From the NCBI GenBank assembly GCA_963704165.1, contig CAVPHD010000002.1, positions 72,180 through 136,179 of the forward strand: a DNA stretch of 64,000 nucleotides, written 5' to 3'. Position 1 is the stretch's first letter, and every line of letters starts with the position of its first letter. Under the pieces are notes generated by a model. The model worked only from the letters and a program-made list of their open reading frames with translations, was not told the DNA's origin and made no database searches. This document shows, one piece after another, positions 51,941 to 64,000 of this stretch. A program made the translations under genes and the position numbers. The DNA comes from an uncultured delta proteobacterium (lineage in GTDB: Bacteria; Myxococcota_A; UBA9160; SZUA-336).

Positions 51941-53645
51941 ATGGCCGAGATCACTGGAGGCGAGCTTCTGGTTCGCTGCCTCGCGAACGAGGGTGTGAAG
52001 CACCTGTTCGGGCTGCCGTGCCCGGAAGCGGATCCGATCCTCGCGGCGCTCGACGCACACGGAATCCGCTTCGTTCCGGTCCGCCACGAGGCCGCGGGCG
52101 TGCACATGGCCGAGGGTCTCTACAAGACCAGCGGGCAGGTCTCGGCCGTGCTCGGCAATCCCGGACCCGGCTCCGCGAACCTGCTGCCCGGCGTGATCAC
52201 CGCGCGACACGAAGGCGTGCCGGTCATCGTCATCACCGCCCAGCACCGGCTCGGCATCGTGTACCCCTCGCCGCCGTCGACGTTCCAGGGACAGGACCAG
52301 CTCGACGTCTTCCGCCCGACCGTGAAGTGGGGCGGGCCGATCCTCTCCTGGGATCGGATTCCGGACGTCACGCGCATCGCGTTTCGCGAGCTGTGGCTCG
52401 GGCGCCCCGGTCCCGTGCACCTCGAGGTCCCGATGCCGGTCGTCTACGCGACGGGGAACTCCGAGCTCGTGCCGATTCTCGCACCCGAGCGCTACCGCGC
52501 GCCGCTCCCGCAGCCGTCGGATGCGGCGCTCGAGCGAGCCGCGGAGCTGCTCTCTGCGGCGACGCGGCCGCTCGTCATCTCCGGCGCCGGCGTCGATCGC
52601 GCGGGTGCGAACGGCGCCCTGCTTCGGATCGTCGAGGCGCTCGGCTGCCCCGTCCTCACGACGATGGCCGGTCGCTCGACGTTCCCGCTCGACCACCCGA
52701 ACCACCTCTACGGCTACGGCCCGGGCGCGGATGCGGCGCGGCGCGAGGCCGACGTCGTCCTGGTCGCGGGCTCGCGGCTCGGCAATCTCGACCTGCCCTT
52801 CGACAAGTACTGGGGCGATCCATCGCACGCGAAGATCATCCAGATCGACATCGACGCGCGGCACATCGGCGTCACCCGCCCGCTCGAGCTCGGCATCGTC
52901 GCCGACCTCGCGACGTCGCTCGACGGCCTCTCGCGTCGGCTCGAGCGAGCTTCAGGCAAGCGGAGCGACGGCGGCGCGCTGGCGAGCTACCAGGAGCTCG
53001 CTCGTGCGGCACGCGAGAAACAGATGGCGGCCGTGACGAGCTGGTCCGGACCGGGCATCCATCCCGCGCACGCGCTCGAGACGATCGGAAGCGTCTTCGG
53101 ACGCGACGCGATCTATGTCGCCGACGGCGGCATGACCTCGCTCTGGTCGCACTGGTTCCTGCCTCCGACGCAGCCGCGCTCGTACCACAACATCCTCGAG
53201 CTCGGCATGCTCGGCACGGGAATTCCGTCGGCGATCGGCGCCCGTCTCGCCGAGCCGTCGCGCGACGTCGTCTGCGTCACCGGGCGACGGGGCCGCCGGC
53301 TTCAACTTCATGGAGATGCAGTCCGCGGCGCGCGAGGGGCTGAAGCTCACGACCATCGTCTTCGCCGAAGGCTCGTGGACGATGGAGGAGCCGAACGAGC
53401 GAATGCGCTACGGCAAGACCTTCGGCACCGCGATGGGCGAGGTGCGCTGGGACCGCGTCGCCGAGGGACTGGGTTGTCGCGGGCACTTCGTCGAGAAGCA
53501 GGACGAGCTCGAGCCCGCGCTTCGCGAAGCGCGACGCTTCGACGGGCCGACGGTGATCTGCGTGAAGACCAATCGCGACGCGAACCTCGCGGTTCCCGGC
53601 GATCTGATGCTCCGCTTCACCGAGGTCTACTCGGGTCCGATGTAG
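51941..53645 (+). CDS. Thiamine pyrophosphate-binding enzyme (acetolactate synthase-like), frameshift ~53283
   Basis: RHEAAG.HMAEG, GPGSANL, PGPVHLE; the TGDG motif is broken by an extra G. Confidence 0.9.
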
Positions 53646-53663
53646 CGAGCCGCAGCGGGGCGC

Positions 53664-55195
53664 TCAGGGCACCCCGCCGAAGAATCGCAGCGCCGACTCC
53701 GCGTAGTTCGGCACGACACGGCAGTGCCGGCCGAACGCCATGGCCTGACGCCTTCTCGGTGTCGTGTGCCGGCCAGAACGGAAGACCGGCGTGACCGGGC
53801 TGACCCGTCTTCGCGAAGGCGATCCAGGCTCTCCTGCATGCCGATGGGAGAGCTTGCGCGCGCCCGGCATCGCGCCGAGCCAGGGCCGCAGCCAGGGTTC
53901 GAGGATCGTGCCGAAGACGAACGGCAGCTCGATTCCGTGACAGGCGCCGATCTGGCGCTCGAGAGGAGTGGCGGCGACCAGGTGAAGGAGTACGCGAAGG
54001 ATTCGCGCGTATGTTCGCCCACGAGCTCGAGAAGTCGGGCCGCGGGCCAGTGGAAGATGCGATCGCCCTGGAAGGCCGACCAGCGCTCGCGCGGCTCCGT
54101 TTGTCGGGGCGAATCCGGAAGCTCGCGATAGGCGCGATAGGCCCGCTCGGCCTCCGGCTCGGGCAACACGCGCCCGAAGCGCCGGCGCATCGCGGCTTCG
54201 TCCATGCGCCGGGCGCGGGTGTCGGCGAGCATGAAGAGCTTCCACTCGTCCTTGTTCGTACCGGCGAGGACCGAGACGTCCGCGGTCGAGCCGCGCTCGA
54301 TCGACGCGAGTGGGTTCTCGGGGAGGAGATCGCCGTCGACGCAGGGCTGGAAGGCCAGTCCACCGAGCGGAAGCGCGAGCTGAAAGGTCGTCTCACGCTG
54401 CGCGCGCAGGAGCGCTTCGAGCGGCGCGGCTCGCAGCGCATCGATGTTCTCACCGTGCGGCCCGAGCAGCTTCAGGTAGAGCTCGGCGACCCTCCGGGAC
54501 TGTTCGGGCGTCGAGGTGTTGTGTGCGGCACCGCTCTGCAGGATCGCGCGCCGGAACAGACCGCGAGCGGCCGGCGTTCCGAGCAGGCAGCCGATGCTCA
54601 TCGCGCCGGCCGACTCGCCGAAGACCGTCACGGCCTCGGGATCGCCGCCGAACGCCCCGATGTTCTCGCGCACCCAGACGAGCGCGGCGATCTGATCGCG
54701 AAGCGCGAGGTTCGCGGGTGCCGACCCGACGTCCGGAAACAGCCCTCGGAGATCGAGCGACCCGAGCGCGCCGAGCCGGTAGTTGATCGTCACCACGACC
54801 AGATCGCCGCGCTGCGACAAGCGCGATCCGTCGTAGAGCGAGGTGCTCCCCGAACCCATCAGGAACGCGCCACCGTGCAGGTACACCAAGACCGGGCGCC
54901 GGCGCCCGTCGAGCGCCGGCGTCCAGACGTTCAGGTACAGACAGTCCTCGCTGCGGCCGCCCGACGAGCCCCCGATGAACCGCCGCACGAGCCAGTTGTC
55001 GACACCTGCCTGCGGAGCCGTCGGGCCGAAGCGCTTCGCGGCGCGCGTGCCGGTCCACGGACGCACGGGCTCGGCAGGCCGCAGCCGCAGCTTCTCGACC
55101 GGGGGCTCGGCGTACGGAACGCCGCGGAACACGAGGCCTCGCCGTGTACGCACGCCTTCGAGCCGGCCCGCGCGCGCGGTTGCGACCTCGCTCAT
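53664..55195 (-). CDS. Type-B carboxylesterase, frameshifted near the C-terminus
   Basis: SEDCLYLNVW, HGGAF, NYRLG, FGGDP, GESAG, ACHGIELPFVFG. Confidence 0.9.
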
Positions 55196-55202
55196 ATCGC
55201 GT

Positions 55203-55994
55203 TCAGTCCTGCGCCAGGAAACGCTCGATCTCGCCCCCGACCTTTTCCGGTTGCTCGTACGGAGCCATGTGGCCCGCCGCATCGATCATCGCGAGCCGCG
55301 CGCCGGGCACGAGCTGTCGCCAGCGTTCCGCGTAAACCGGCGCAATCAGCTGGTCCTGCCGGCCCCATACCAGAAGCGTCGGAGCGTTCAGACGATACAG
55401 GCGCTTGGACAGACGGCGATTCGGAATCGGGAACAGGATCTTGCCGGCGGTGCCGAGGCGGCGCGAGTTCGTGACCAGGAACTGCTGCAGCGCGGCCGTG
55501 TTCGAGAAGTCGATGCCGCCGGTCAGGAACTTCTCGCCCGACTTCGGATCGGCGAAGAGAGCGCGCGCGAGCTCGAACGGAAGCATCGCGAAGAGGTCGG
55601 GGATCGGGTGCGCGTCGATCCAGAGTCCGGCCGCGGCGATGAGCACGAGCTTCTCGACGTTCGCGTTGGCGATGCAGGCCATCTCGGCGGCGATCATCCC
55701 GCCCATCGAATGCCCGATCAGGCTGGGCCGGCGCTCGAGCCCGAGCGCATCGATCACGTCCCAGCCGTGGAGCGCGAAGTCGAGCATGTCGTCGAGCTTC
55801 TCCTCGCCGGCGTCCGCCCCGTACCCGGGCCATTCGGGTGCGTACACGTGAAAGCGTCGGGCCAGGCGTTCGAGCACCGGCTCCTCGGGGAACAGACCTC
55901 CCGCGCCGTGGAAGAAGACCACCGGGGCGCCCTCGCCGGCTTCGAGCACGCGGCACTTGATGCCGCGACGGGTCTCGATCCTCCGTTCCCTCAT
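55203..55994 (-). CDS. Alpha/beta hydrolase
   Basis: HGAGG, GHSMGG, WGRQD, AGH. Confidence 0.9.
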   Translation of the reverse strand: MRERRIETRRGIKCRVLEAGEGAPVVFFHGAGGLFPEEPVLERLARRFHVYAPEWPGYGADAGEEKLDDMLDFALHGWDVIDALGLERRPSLIGHSMGGMIAAEMACIANANVEKLVLIAAAGLWIDAHPIPDLFAMLPFELARALFADPKSGEKFLTGGIDFSNTAALQQFLVTNSRRLGTAGKILFPIPNRRLSKRLYRLNAPTLLVWGRQDQLIAPVYAERWRQLVPGARLAMIDAAGHMAPYEQPEKVGGEIERFLAQD

Positions 55995-57223
55995 CCGCGC
56001 GTCTCCTCGGGGCGCACGCGCGTCTCGAGCGGCTTGCACCAGAATCGATCGTCGTTCTTCCACTCGGGCCAGAGGTCGCGCAGCCGCGGCATGACCTTCT
56101 CCGCGAAGAGCCGCGTGGAGTTGCGCACCTTGTCGTCGGGCATGTCGCCGATCTGGAAGAGCAGGAAGAGCGTGCCCAGGCGCAGGCTCTTGATCATCTC
56201 CTCCATGCGTTCGCGCACCGTCTCCGGCGAGCCGGCAATCACGTAGCCGCCGTCGACGAGCTCCTTCCAGGTCAGCTGCGTGAAGAGCCGCTGGTTCTCG
56301 GCCCGGAACTGGTTGAGCTTGCCGGACTGGATCGTCTTCACCGTGCGATAGCCGGGCGGATCGGCGAATCCGGGCGCCACGTGCAGGCAACGGTTGTAGA
56401 AGTAGAGCGCGTGTTCGGCGTAGAGCCGCTCCGCTTCGGCGTCGGTGTCGGCGACGCAGACGACCTGCGCGAATGCGGCGCGATACGGGGACTCGTCCTT
56501 GCCCAGCGCAGCGACGCGCTCCCAGTAGCCGTCGAGCAGCGCCTTGCCGGCGCGGTAGCCGCCGTACGAGAGGTAGGAGTAGTTGTAGTCGTTCTCGATG
56601 CAGAAATCCCAGGTCTCGATCGAGCCGCCTCCGGGAATGAAGATCGGCGGATTCGGCTTCTGGATCGGCCGCGGCCAGCAGTTGACGTAACGCAGCTGTG
56701 TGTACTTGCCGTCGAAGGCGAACGGGTCGGGTTCGTGCCAGGCGCGCATGATCAGCTCGTGCGCCTCGTAGTACTTCTCGCGCGTCAGCGCCGGGATCTG
56801 CCCGTAGCAGAAGTTCGTGTCCATCGGCGTGCCGACCGGAAATCCGGCGAGCAGGCGCCCGCCGGAGATCACGTCGAGCATGGCGAACTCCTCGGCCACG
56901 CGGATCGGCGGGTTGTAGAGCGCGATCGAGTTCCCGATCACCGCGATCGCCGAACGCGACGTCCGGCGCGCCAGGCCCGCTGCGATGATGTTCGGCGACG
57001 GCATCAGCCCGTACGCGTTCTGGTGGTGCTCGTTCACGCCCATCGCGTCGAAGCCGAGCGAATCCGCGAATTCGAGCTGGTCCATGTACTCGTGGTACAC
57101 CCTGTTGCCTTCGGCCGGGTCGAAGAGCCGGCTGTCGATGTCGACCCAGACCGAGCGGTGCTTCTCGCGGAAATCTGCGGGAAGATGAGGCCAGGGCATC
57201 AGGTTGAACCAAGTGAACTTCAC
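55991..57223 (-). CDS. LLM-class flavin-dependent oxidoreductase
   Basis: GFD..GVNEHH, PIRVAEEFAMLD.ISGGR, WPRPIQKP.PP, GSPETV. Confidence 0.92.
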   Translation of the reverse strand: MKFTWFNLMPWPHLPADFREKHRSVWVDIDSRLFDPAEGNRVYHEYMDQLEFADSLGFDAMGVNEHHQNAYGLMPSPNIIAAGLARRTSRSAIAVIGNSIALYNPPIRVAEEFAMLDVISGGRLLAGFPVGTPMDTNFCYGQIPALTREKYYEAHELIMRAWHEPDPFAFDGKYTQLRYVNCWPRPIQKPNPPIFIPGGGSIETWDFCIENDYNYSYLSYGGYRAGKALLDGYWERVAALGKDESPYRAAFAQVVCVADTDAEAERLYAEHALYFYNRCLHVAPGFADPPGYRTVKTIQSGKLNQFRAENQRLFTQLTWKELVDGGYVIAGSPETVRERMEEMIKSLRLGTLFLLFQIGDMPDDKVRNSTRLFAEKVMPRLRDLWPEWKNDDRFWCKPLETRVRPEETRG

Positions 57224-58409
57224 AGGCAGCCTCCCGCGCGTTCCGCGCCGTCTTCTTGCCATCCTACTCGTACCTGCGCTGGCTTTGTTCGCCTGTTTTT
57301 CAGCGCGCGCGGAACGCGTGTACCTGGAGGTGGACGCGCCCCACTCGGGCGACCTGGTTCGCGAACCGATCGCCCTCGTCGAGGTTCGCGGCTGGGTCGG
57401 CACGGGACTGCGCGGCCAGCACGACGTGATGATCGTCATCGACCGATCCGTGAGCACCTTTCGCCCGACCGGTGTCGATGTCGATGGCGACGGCGTGGTC
57501 GGCCGCATGCTCCAGAACATCCCCGCCGACTACCCCGTGCTCTGGACCACGGACTACGGCGACACGATCGTCTCCGCCGAATTCACCGCGGCGCGCCGAC
57601 TGGTCGAGCGACTCGACACGGACACCACGCGCATGGGTCTGGTGAGCTTCGGGGGCAACGCGAAGCTCGAGGCGCCGCTCGGCAGCTCGCGCGAGGCATT
57701 GATCGCCGCGCTCGACGCGATTCCTCCGACCCCGAACGAACGCGGTACGTACATGTACGGAGCGCTCCAGGAGGCAATCGTCGCGTTCGGACCGGCGCCG
57801 ATCGGCGACGGCACCCGGCGCCAGCGGCAGATCCTGTTGTTCTCCGACGGGATCTCGACGGCACCCGACCCGCCCGCGGCCGCACAGTCCACCGCCGTCC
57901 ACGCGGCGCGGAACGCCGCACGCGCGGGAGCGCGGATTTCCGCCTTCGCGCTCGGCCCCTCGGCCCTGCAGCGCCGCGGGCAGTTCGAGGAGATCGTCGC
58001 CGCGAACGGCGGCAGTCTCGTCGTGCTCGACGCGCCGGCCGACATCGTGGAGTTCGTGCCGTACATGAGCTGGACGCGGATCGCGCGGCTGGAGCTCGAG
58101 AACGCGACGAGCGGCGCCAAGGGGCGCGCCGTTCGCCTCTTCCCCGACGGGACGTTCGACGGCTTCGCACCGCTCTCGCTGGGCAAGAACGAGATCCGGC
58201 TCCACGCGGTCTCGGAAGGTGGCGCGAGCGAGACGATCACGCGCTGGATCACGTTCGAGAAGACGCTGCCGGACCCCGAGAAGCTCGCGCGCCTTCGCAA
58301 GCTTCTCGAGCTGCGAACGCTCGAGACCGAGCTCGCCGAGCGCGCGCGCGTCAAGCGCGAGCAGACGCTCGAGCGCCAGAAGCGGCTCGAGATCCGCCCC
58401 GAACGTTAA
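57204..58409 (+). CDS. Exported VWA domain protein (start uncertain)
   Basis: MIDAS DRSVS, GLVSF, GT, LFSDG. Confidence 0.82.
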   Translation: MNQVNFTGSLPRVPRRLLAILLVPALALFACFSARAERVYLEVDAPHSGDLVREPIALVEVRGWVGTGLRGQHDVMIVIDRSVSTFRPTGVDVDGDGVVGRMLQNIPADYPVLWTTDYGDTIVSAEFTAARRLVERLDTDTTRMGLVSFGGNAKLEAPLGSSREALIAALDAIPPTPNERGTYMYGALQEAIVAFGPAPIGDGTRRQRQILLFSDGISTAPDPPAAAQSTAVHAARNAARAGARISAFALGPSALQRRGQFEEIVAANGGSLVVLDAPADIVEFVPYMSWTRIARLELENATSGAKGRAVRLFPDGTFDGFAPLSLGKNEIRLHAVSEGGASETITRWITFEKTLPDPEKLARLRKLLELRTLETELAERARVKREQTLERQKRLEIRPER

Positions 58410-59086
58410 CTCGGCAATGGACCCGTGAGCGACGCGCGCTGGGAGATCTCGATCCAGTTGCCGTCGGGGTCGCGCACGAACGAGATGCGCGCGACCGCGC
58501 CGAGCGTGCGCGGCGGCGCGCCCTCTCTGCCCCCGCGCGCGAGAATGCCCGCGTGCTCCGCGTCGACGTCGAAGACCTGGATCGTGATGTAGCGGTAGCC
58601 GCCGGCGGTCATGCGACCGGCCTCGATCGCGCTCGGATCGCGAGCGAAGCGCAGCAGCGAGTCACCGCAGAGATACGCGCGCGCGCCGACGGGCTCGAGT
58701 TCGAGCACGCGGCCATAGAAGTCGTGAAACGCGGCCTCGTCGCGCACGGCGAGAACGACACCGATCGCCGACACGTCCTCGTGTCCCGGCGGAACGAGCA
58801 CGACGACGTTGCCGTCGGGATCGACGAGTCGGCGCGGAGTGGTCAAGCCCGCGCGCGCGATCCACAGCTCACGGTAGCCGCAGGCGGGCTCCGGGCCGAG
58901 CGGCTCGCGGGCGTGATTGATCTTCAAGACCGAGCCGTTCAAGCCGTGGCGGTGCTGCTGCAGGCCCCGGCCCATCGGCAGGAGCTCCTCGTAGGGAAGG
59001 CCGACCTGCTTCTGCCAGAAGTCGAGCATCGGCTCGCGTTGATTCGTGTGCAGTCCGACGTCGATCCTGGGCTTGGCGAGCTTCAC
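58406..59086 (-). CDS. VOC/glyoxalase family protein
   Basis: Two DPDGN motifs. Confidence 0.85.
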   Translation of the reverse strand: MKLAKPRIDVGLHTNQREPMLDFWQKQVGLPYEELLPMGRGLQQHRHGLNGSVLKINHAREPLGPEPACGYRELWIARAGLTTPRRLVDPDGNVVVLVPPGHEDVSAIGVVLAVRDEAAFHDFYGRVLELEPVGARAYLCGDSLLRFARDPSAIEAGRMTAGGYRYITIQVFDVDAEHAGILARGGREGAPPRTLGAVARISFVRDPDGNWIEISQRASLTGPLPS

Positions 59087-59096
59087 GGCCTGGTGA

Positions 59097-59825
59097 TCAT
59101 AGCCGTGTGGAGCGAAGGCGTTCGAAGAGACCCGCGAGCGAGCCGAGGCCGAGCAAGATCGGCATCAGCGGCTCCGGCACCCTCTCGATCGAGGTGATCT
59201 CCGCGTACAGAGATGCGCACCCGAGCGCACCACAGCCGCTTACGAGCCCGAGTGTACCGAACGCGAACGCGGGATCGGTCCCGTTCGGAATGTACGGAAC
59301 CAATCTCGCGACCGGCGGCGGGCGGGCCGCGAGATCGTCCGTCGGGAATACCGTCGAATCGAGTCCGTACAGGTCGGCACCGAAGATCGCGTTCCGATCG
59401 AACGGACCGGTGGGATCGAGCAGGTCAACGGACACGATCTGGATGAAGAGTGGAGGATCGAGCGACGGGTGTCTCGCAATGACGAACTGAGATCCAGCGC
59501 TCGGCCCCGTCGCGGAGTCGAATCCCAGTCTCCACGTGCCGACGCTCACGTCCAGGATGCCGACCAGCTCCCGGTAGTCCCCGCGTTGCGGGTTCGGATC
59601 GACGTCGGGAGCTGAAGTTTCGAATACGAACGACGCCCTGAGCTCGGCATCGACGACCGCCCCCAGCGACCCCAGGGCGGCCGCGAGTGGACCGGGGTCA
59701 CCGCCTTCGGGACCATGGACGTCCACCTGACGGATCACCCCGCTCACCGCCCACGTCACGGGCGCGGCCTGCACCTCCAGGGCGAGCGCGAACACCAGGA
59801 ACGCGAGCGCTACGCGCGCCGTCAT
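59097..59825 (-). CDS. PEP-CTERM surface protein
   Basis: Signal peptide ending VQA; VPEP + hydrophobic stretch + basic tail. Confidence 0.8.
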   Translation of the reverse strand: MTARVALAFLVFALALEVQAAPVTWAVSGVIRQVDVHGPEGGDPGPLAAALGSLGAVVDAELRASFVFETSAPDVDPNPQRGDYRELVGILDVSVGTWRLGFDSATGPSAGSQFVIARHPSLDPPLFIQIVSVDLLDPTGPFDRNAIFGADLYGLDSTVFPTDDLAARPPPVARLVPYIPNGTDPAFAFGTLGLVSGCGALGCASLYAEITSIERVPEPLMPILLGLGSLAGLFERLRSTRL

Positions 59826-59903
59826 CGGGCCAGCGTACACCAGTCGCGACGCCATTTTCGAGCTACTCTCCGCCGCAGTTTTGCGCGACTCGGGGGGGGA
59901 TTT

Positions 59904-61592
59904 GTGACGACCGCAGGGCGGGAACCGTCGAACTGGCTCGAACCCAAGCTCCTGACCTGCCTGCGCGAGGGAATCCCGGCGCGCCAGCTCGGCCAGGACG
60001 TACTCGCGGGCGTGATCGTCGGGATCGTCGCGCTGCCGCTCGCGATCGCCTTCGCGATCGCCTCGGGCGTGAAGCCCGAGCAGGGCCTGTACACCGCGAT
60101 CATGGCCGGTTTCCTGATCTCGGTCCTCGGCGGCAGCCGCGTGCAGATCGGCGGCCCGACCGGCGCGTTCATCGTGATCGTGTACGGCGTCGTGCAGAGG
60201 CACGGCTACGACGGGCTGGCGATCGCGACGTTGATGGCGGGCGCGATGCTCGTCGTGATGGGCCTCGCGCGCTTCGGCGCGGTGATCAAGTTCGTGCCCT
60301 ACCCCGTGACGGTCGGCTTCACGACCGGCATCGCGCTGATCATCGCGCTCTCGCAGGTGCGCGACTTCTTCGGCCTGTCGATGCGAGAGCGTGCCCGCGG
60401 AAACCTTCGAGAAGCTGCGGCACGTACCTGGACCACGCCGGAAGCTTCAGCCCGGCCGCGACCTCGATCGCTCTTGCTCCGCTCTTCGTGCTCGTCTACT
60501 GGCCGCGCACCGGTAGCCGCATTCCGGGACCACTGATCGTGATCGTCGCCGCGACGGCGGCGGTTTCGATCTTCGATCTTCCCGTCGAGACGATCGGCGA
60601 TCGCTTCGGCCACGTGCCGAGCACGCTGCCGTCGCCGACGCTGCCGAGCTTCGATCTCGCGACGTGCGCGCGAGCTTCTGCCCTCGGCCTTCGCGATCGC
60701 GCTGCTCGGCGCGATCGAGTCGCTGCTCTCGGCCGTGGTCGCCGACGGCATGATCGGCAGCCGCCACCGCTCGAACATGGAACTCGTCGCGCAGGGCGTC
60801 GCGAACCTCGTCTCGCCGCTCTTCCTCGGCATCCCCGCGACGGGTGCGCTCGCGCGCACCGCGACCAACGTGAAGAACGGCGGGCGCACGCCGATCGCCG
60901 GGATCGTCCACGCGCTGACGCTGCTCGTGATCGTGCTCGCGTTCGGCGGGGTCGCCGAACGGATACCGATCTGCGCGCTCGCGGGAATCCTCGTCGTCGT
61001 CGCGTACAACATGAGCGAGTGGCGGATGTTCGTGCGGCTCTTCCGCAGCCCGCGCAGCGACGTCCTCGTTCTGCTCACGACCTTCACGCTGACGGTCGCC
61101 ATCGATCTGGTCGTGGCGCTCGAGGCCGGAATCGTGCTGGCGAGCTTCCTCTTCATGCGGCGGGTCGCGAGCCTGTCGCAAGCCGGCTTCATCACCGGCA
61201 TGCTGCGCGAGGGCGACGACCCCTCCGACACCGACGCGATCGCGCGGCGAGACGTTCCCGACGGCGTCGAGGTCTTCGAGGTCTACGGCAGCTTCTTCTT
61301 CGGCGCCGCGACCAAGTTCCGGGACGCGCTGCGCGGCGTGGAGCGCAAGCCACGGGTGCTGATCGTGCGCTTGCGCGAGGTGCTCGCGATCGACGCGACG
61401 GGCCTGCGCGCACTCGAGGATCTCATCGACAAGACCCGGCGCGACGGCACCACCCTGATTCTGTCCGGCATCCACGCCCAGCCGCTCATCGTTTTGGAGC
61501 GGGCGGGCCTGCTCGACGCGATCGGACGCGAGAACGTCTTCAGCGAGATCGACGACGCGCTCGCCCGCGCCCGAGAGCGGATCGCGCGCTAG
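59904..61592 (+). CDS. SulP-family anion permease with STAS domain (multiple frameshifts ~60385-60670)
   Basis: [44 protein letters not shown]. Confidence 0.9.
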
Positions 61593-61884
61593 ACGTGGAG
61601 AGCGCGAACGCGAGGAGCGCCGGGGGGTCGAGATCGGCGAAACCGATCGCGAGGTCGCCCTCGCGGAAGGCGAATACTTCGCTAGTTTTCGGCGCCCCGG
61701 GCCCCTCACCGGTGCGCAGCCGGGCGGCAGTCAAGCCGCCAACGAAGGCATCCGAAACGGGGATTGCCCGGTGCCATCGGATCGGCCCGGGCCGGCAAAA
61801 TCCCGAGCGGCCTTGCGTGTTTCGGGTTATGCTGCGCGACCTTTTCCACAATCCATCCGCACGGAATCGAGGCGCTAGGAGCCC

Positions 61885-63982
<2,098 letters not shown>

Positions 63983-64000
63983 TACGGACCGGCACAAGCG

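Noticed and set aside
43315..59197. Long Arg/Ala-rich antisense or off-frame ORFs (e.g. 43315-45138, 56381-59197)
   Set aside because: Shadow ORFs expected at high GC, overlapping well-supported genes.
61620..61690. c-di-GMP-I or glycine riboswitch
   Set aside because: Only partial resemblance; the conserved GCAAA and CUCUCAGG elements are missing.

Overview
High-GC bacterial chromosome segment, consistent with a Myxococcota-like organism (inferred from TIGR02232 Cys-rich repeats, FYDLN, PilZ, FHA and PEP-CTERM genes). Core genes on the left: tgt, queA, SLT, der, miaA, mutL, an ECF sigma pair and an ArsS-type radical SAM cluster. Catabolic and envelope genes plus fusA lie on the right. The middle (~23.1-40.0 kb) is a composite accessory region built around one intact tRNA-Arg(CCT) at 36936-37012. 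It appears to have grown in both directions. Upstream are two 5'-half tRNA scars (23133, decayed; 32945, part of an exact 103-bp repeat that a broken tyrosine integrase reads into). Downstream is a 3'-half scar at 38649 with compensatory T-stem changes. Three IS91/ISCR-like oriIS ends are also present, two of them as an inverted pair around the tRNA, together with several IS3 elements and remnants. Other points: a UxxC selenoprotein candidate with an in-frame TGA and a SECIS-like hairpin (47450-47925), and a degenerate sigma54-activator-like pseudo-ATPase. Many single-base frameshifts (mutL, fusA, sulP and others) are probably sequencing errors. All calls come from reading the sequence; no searches were run.
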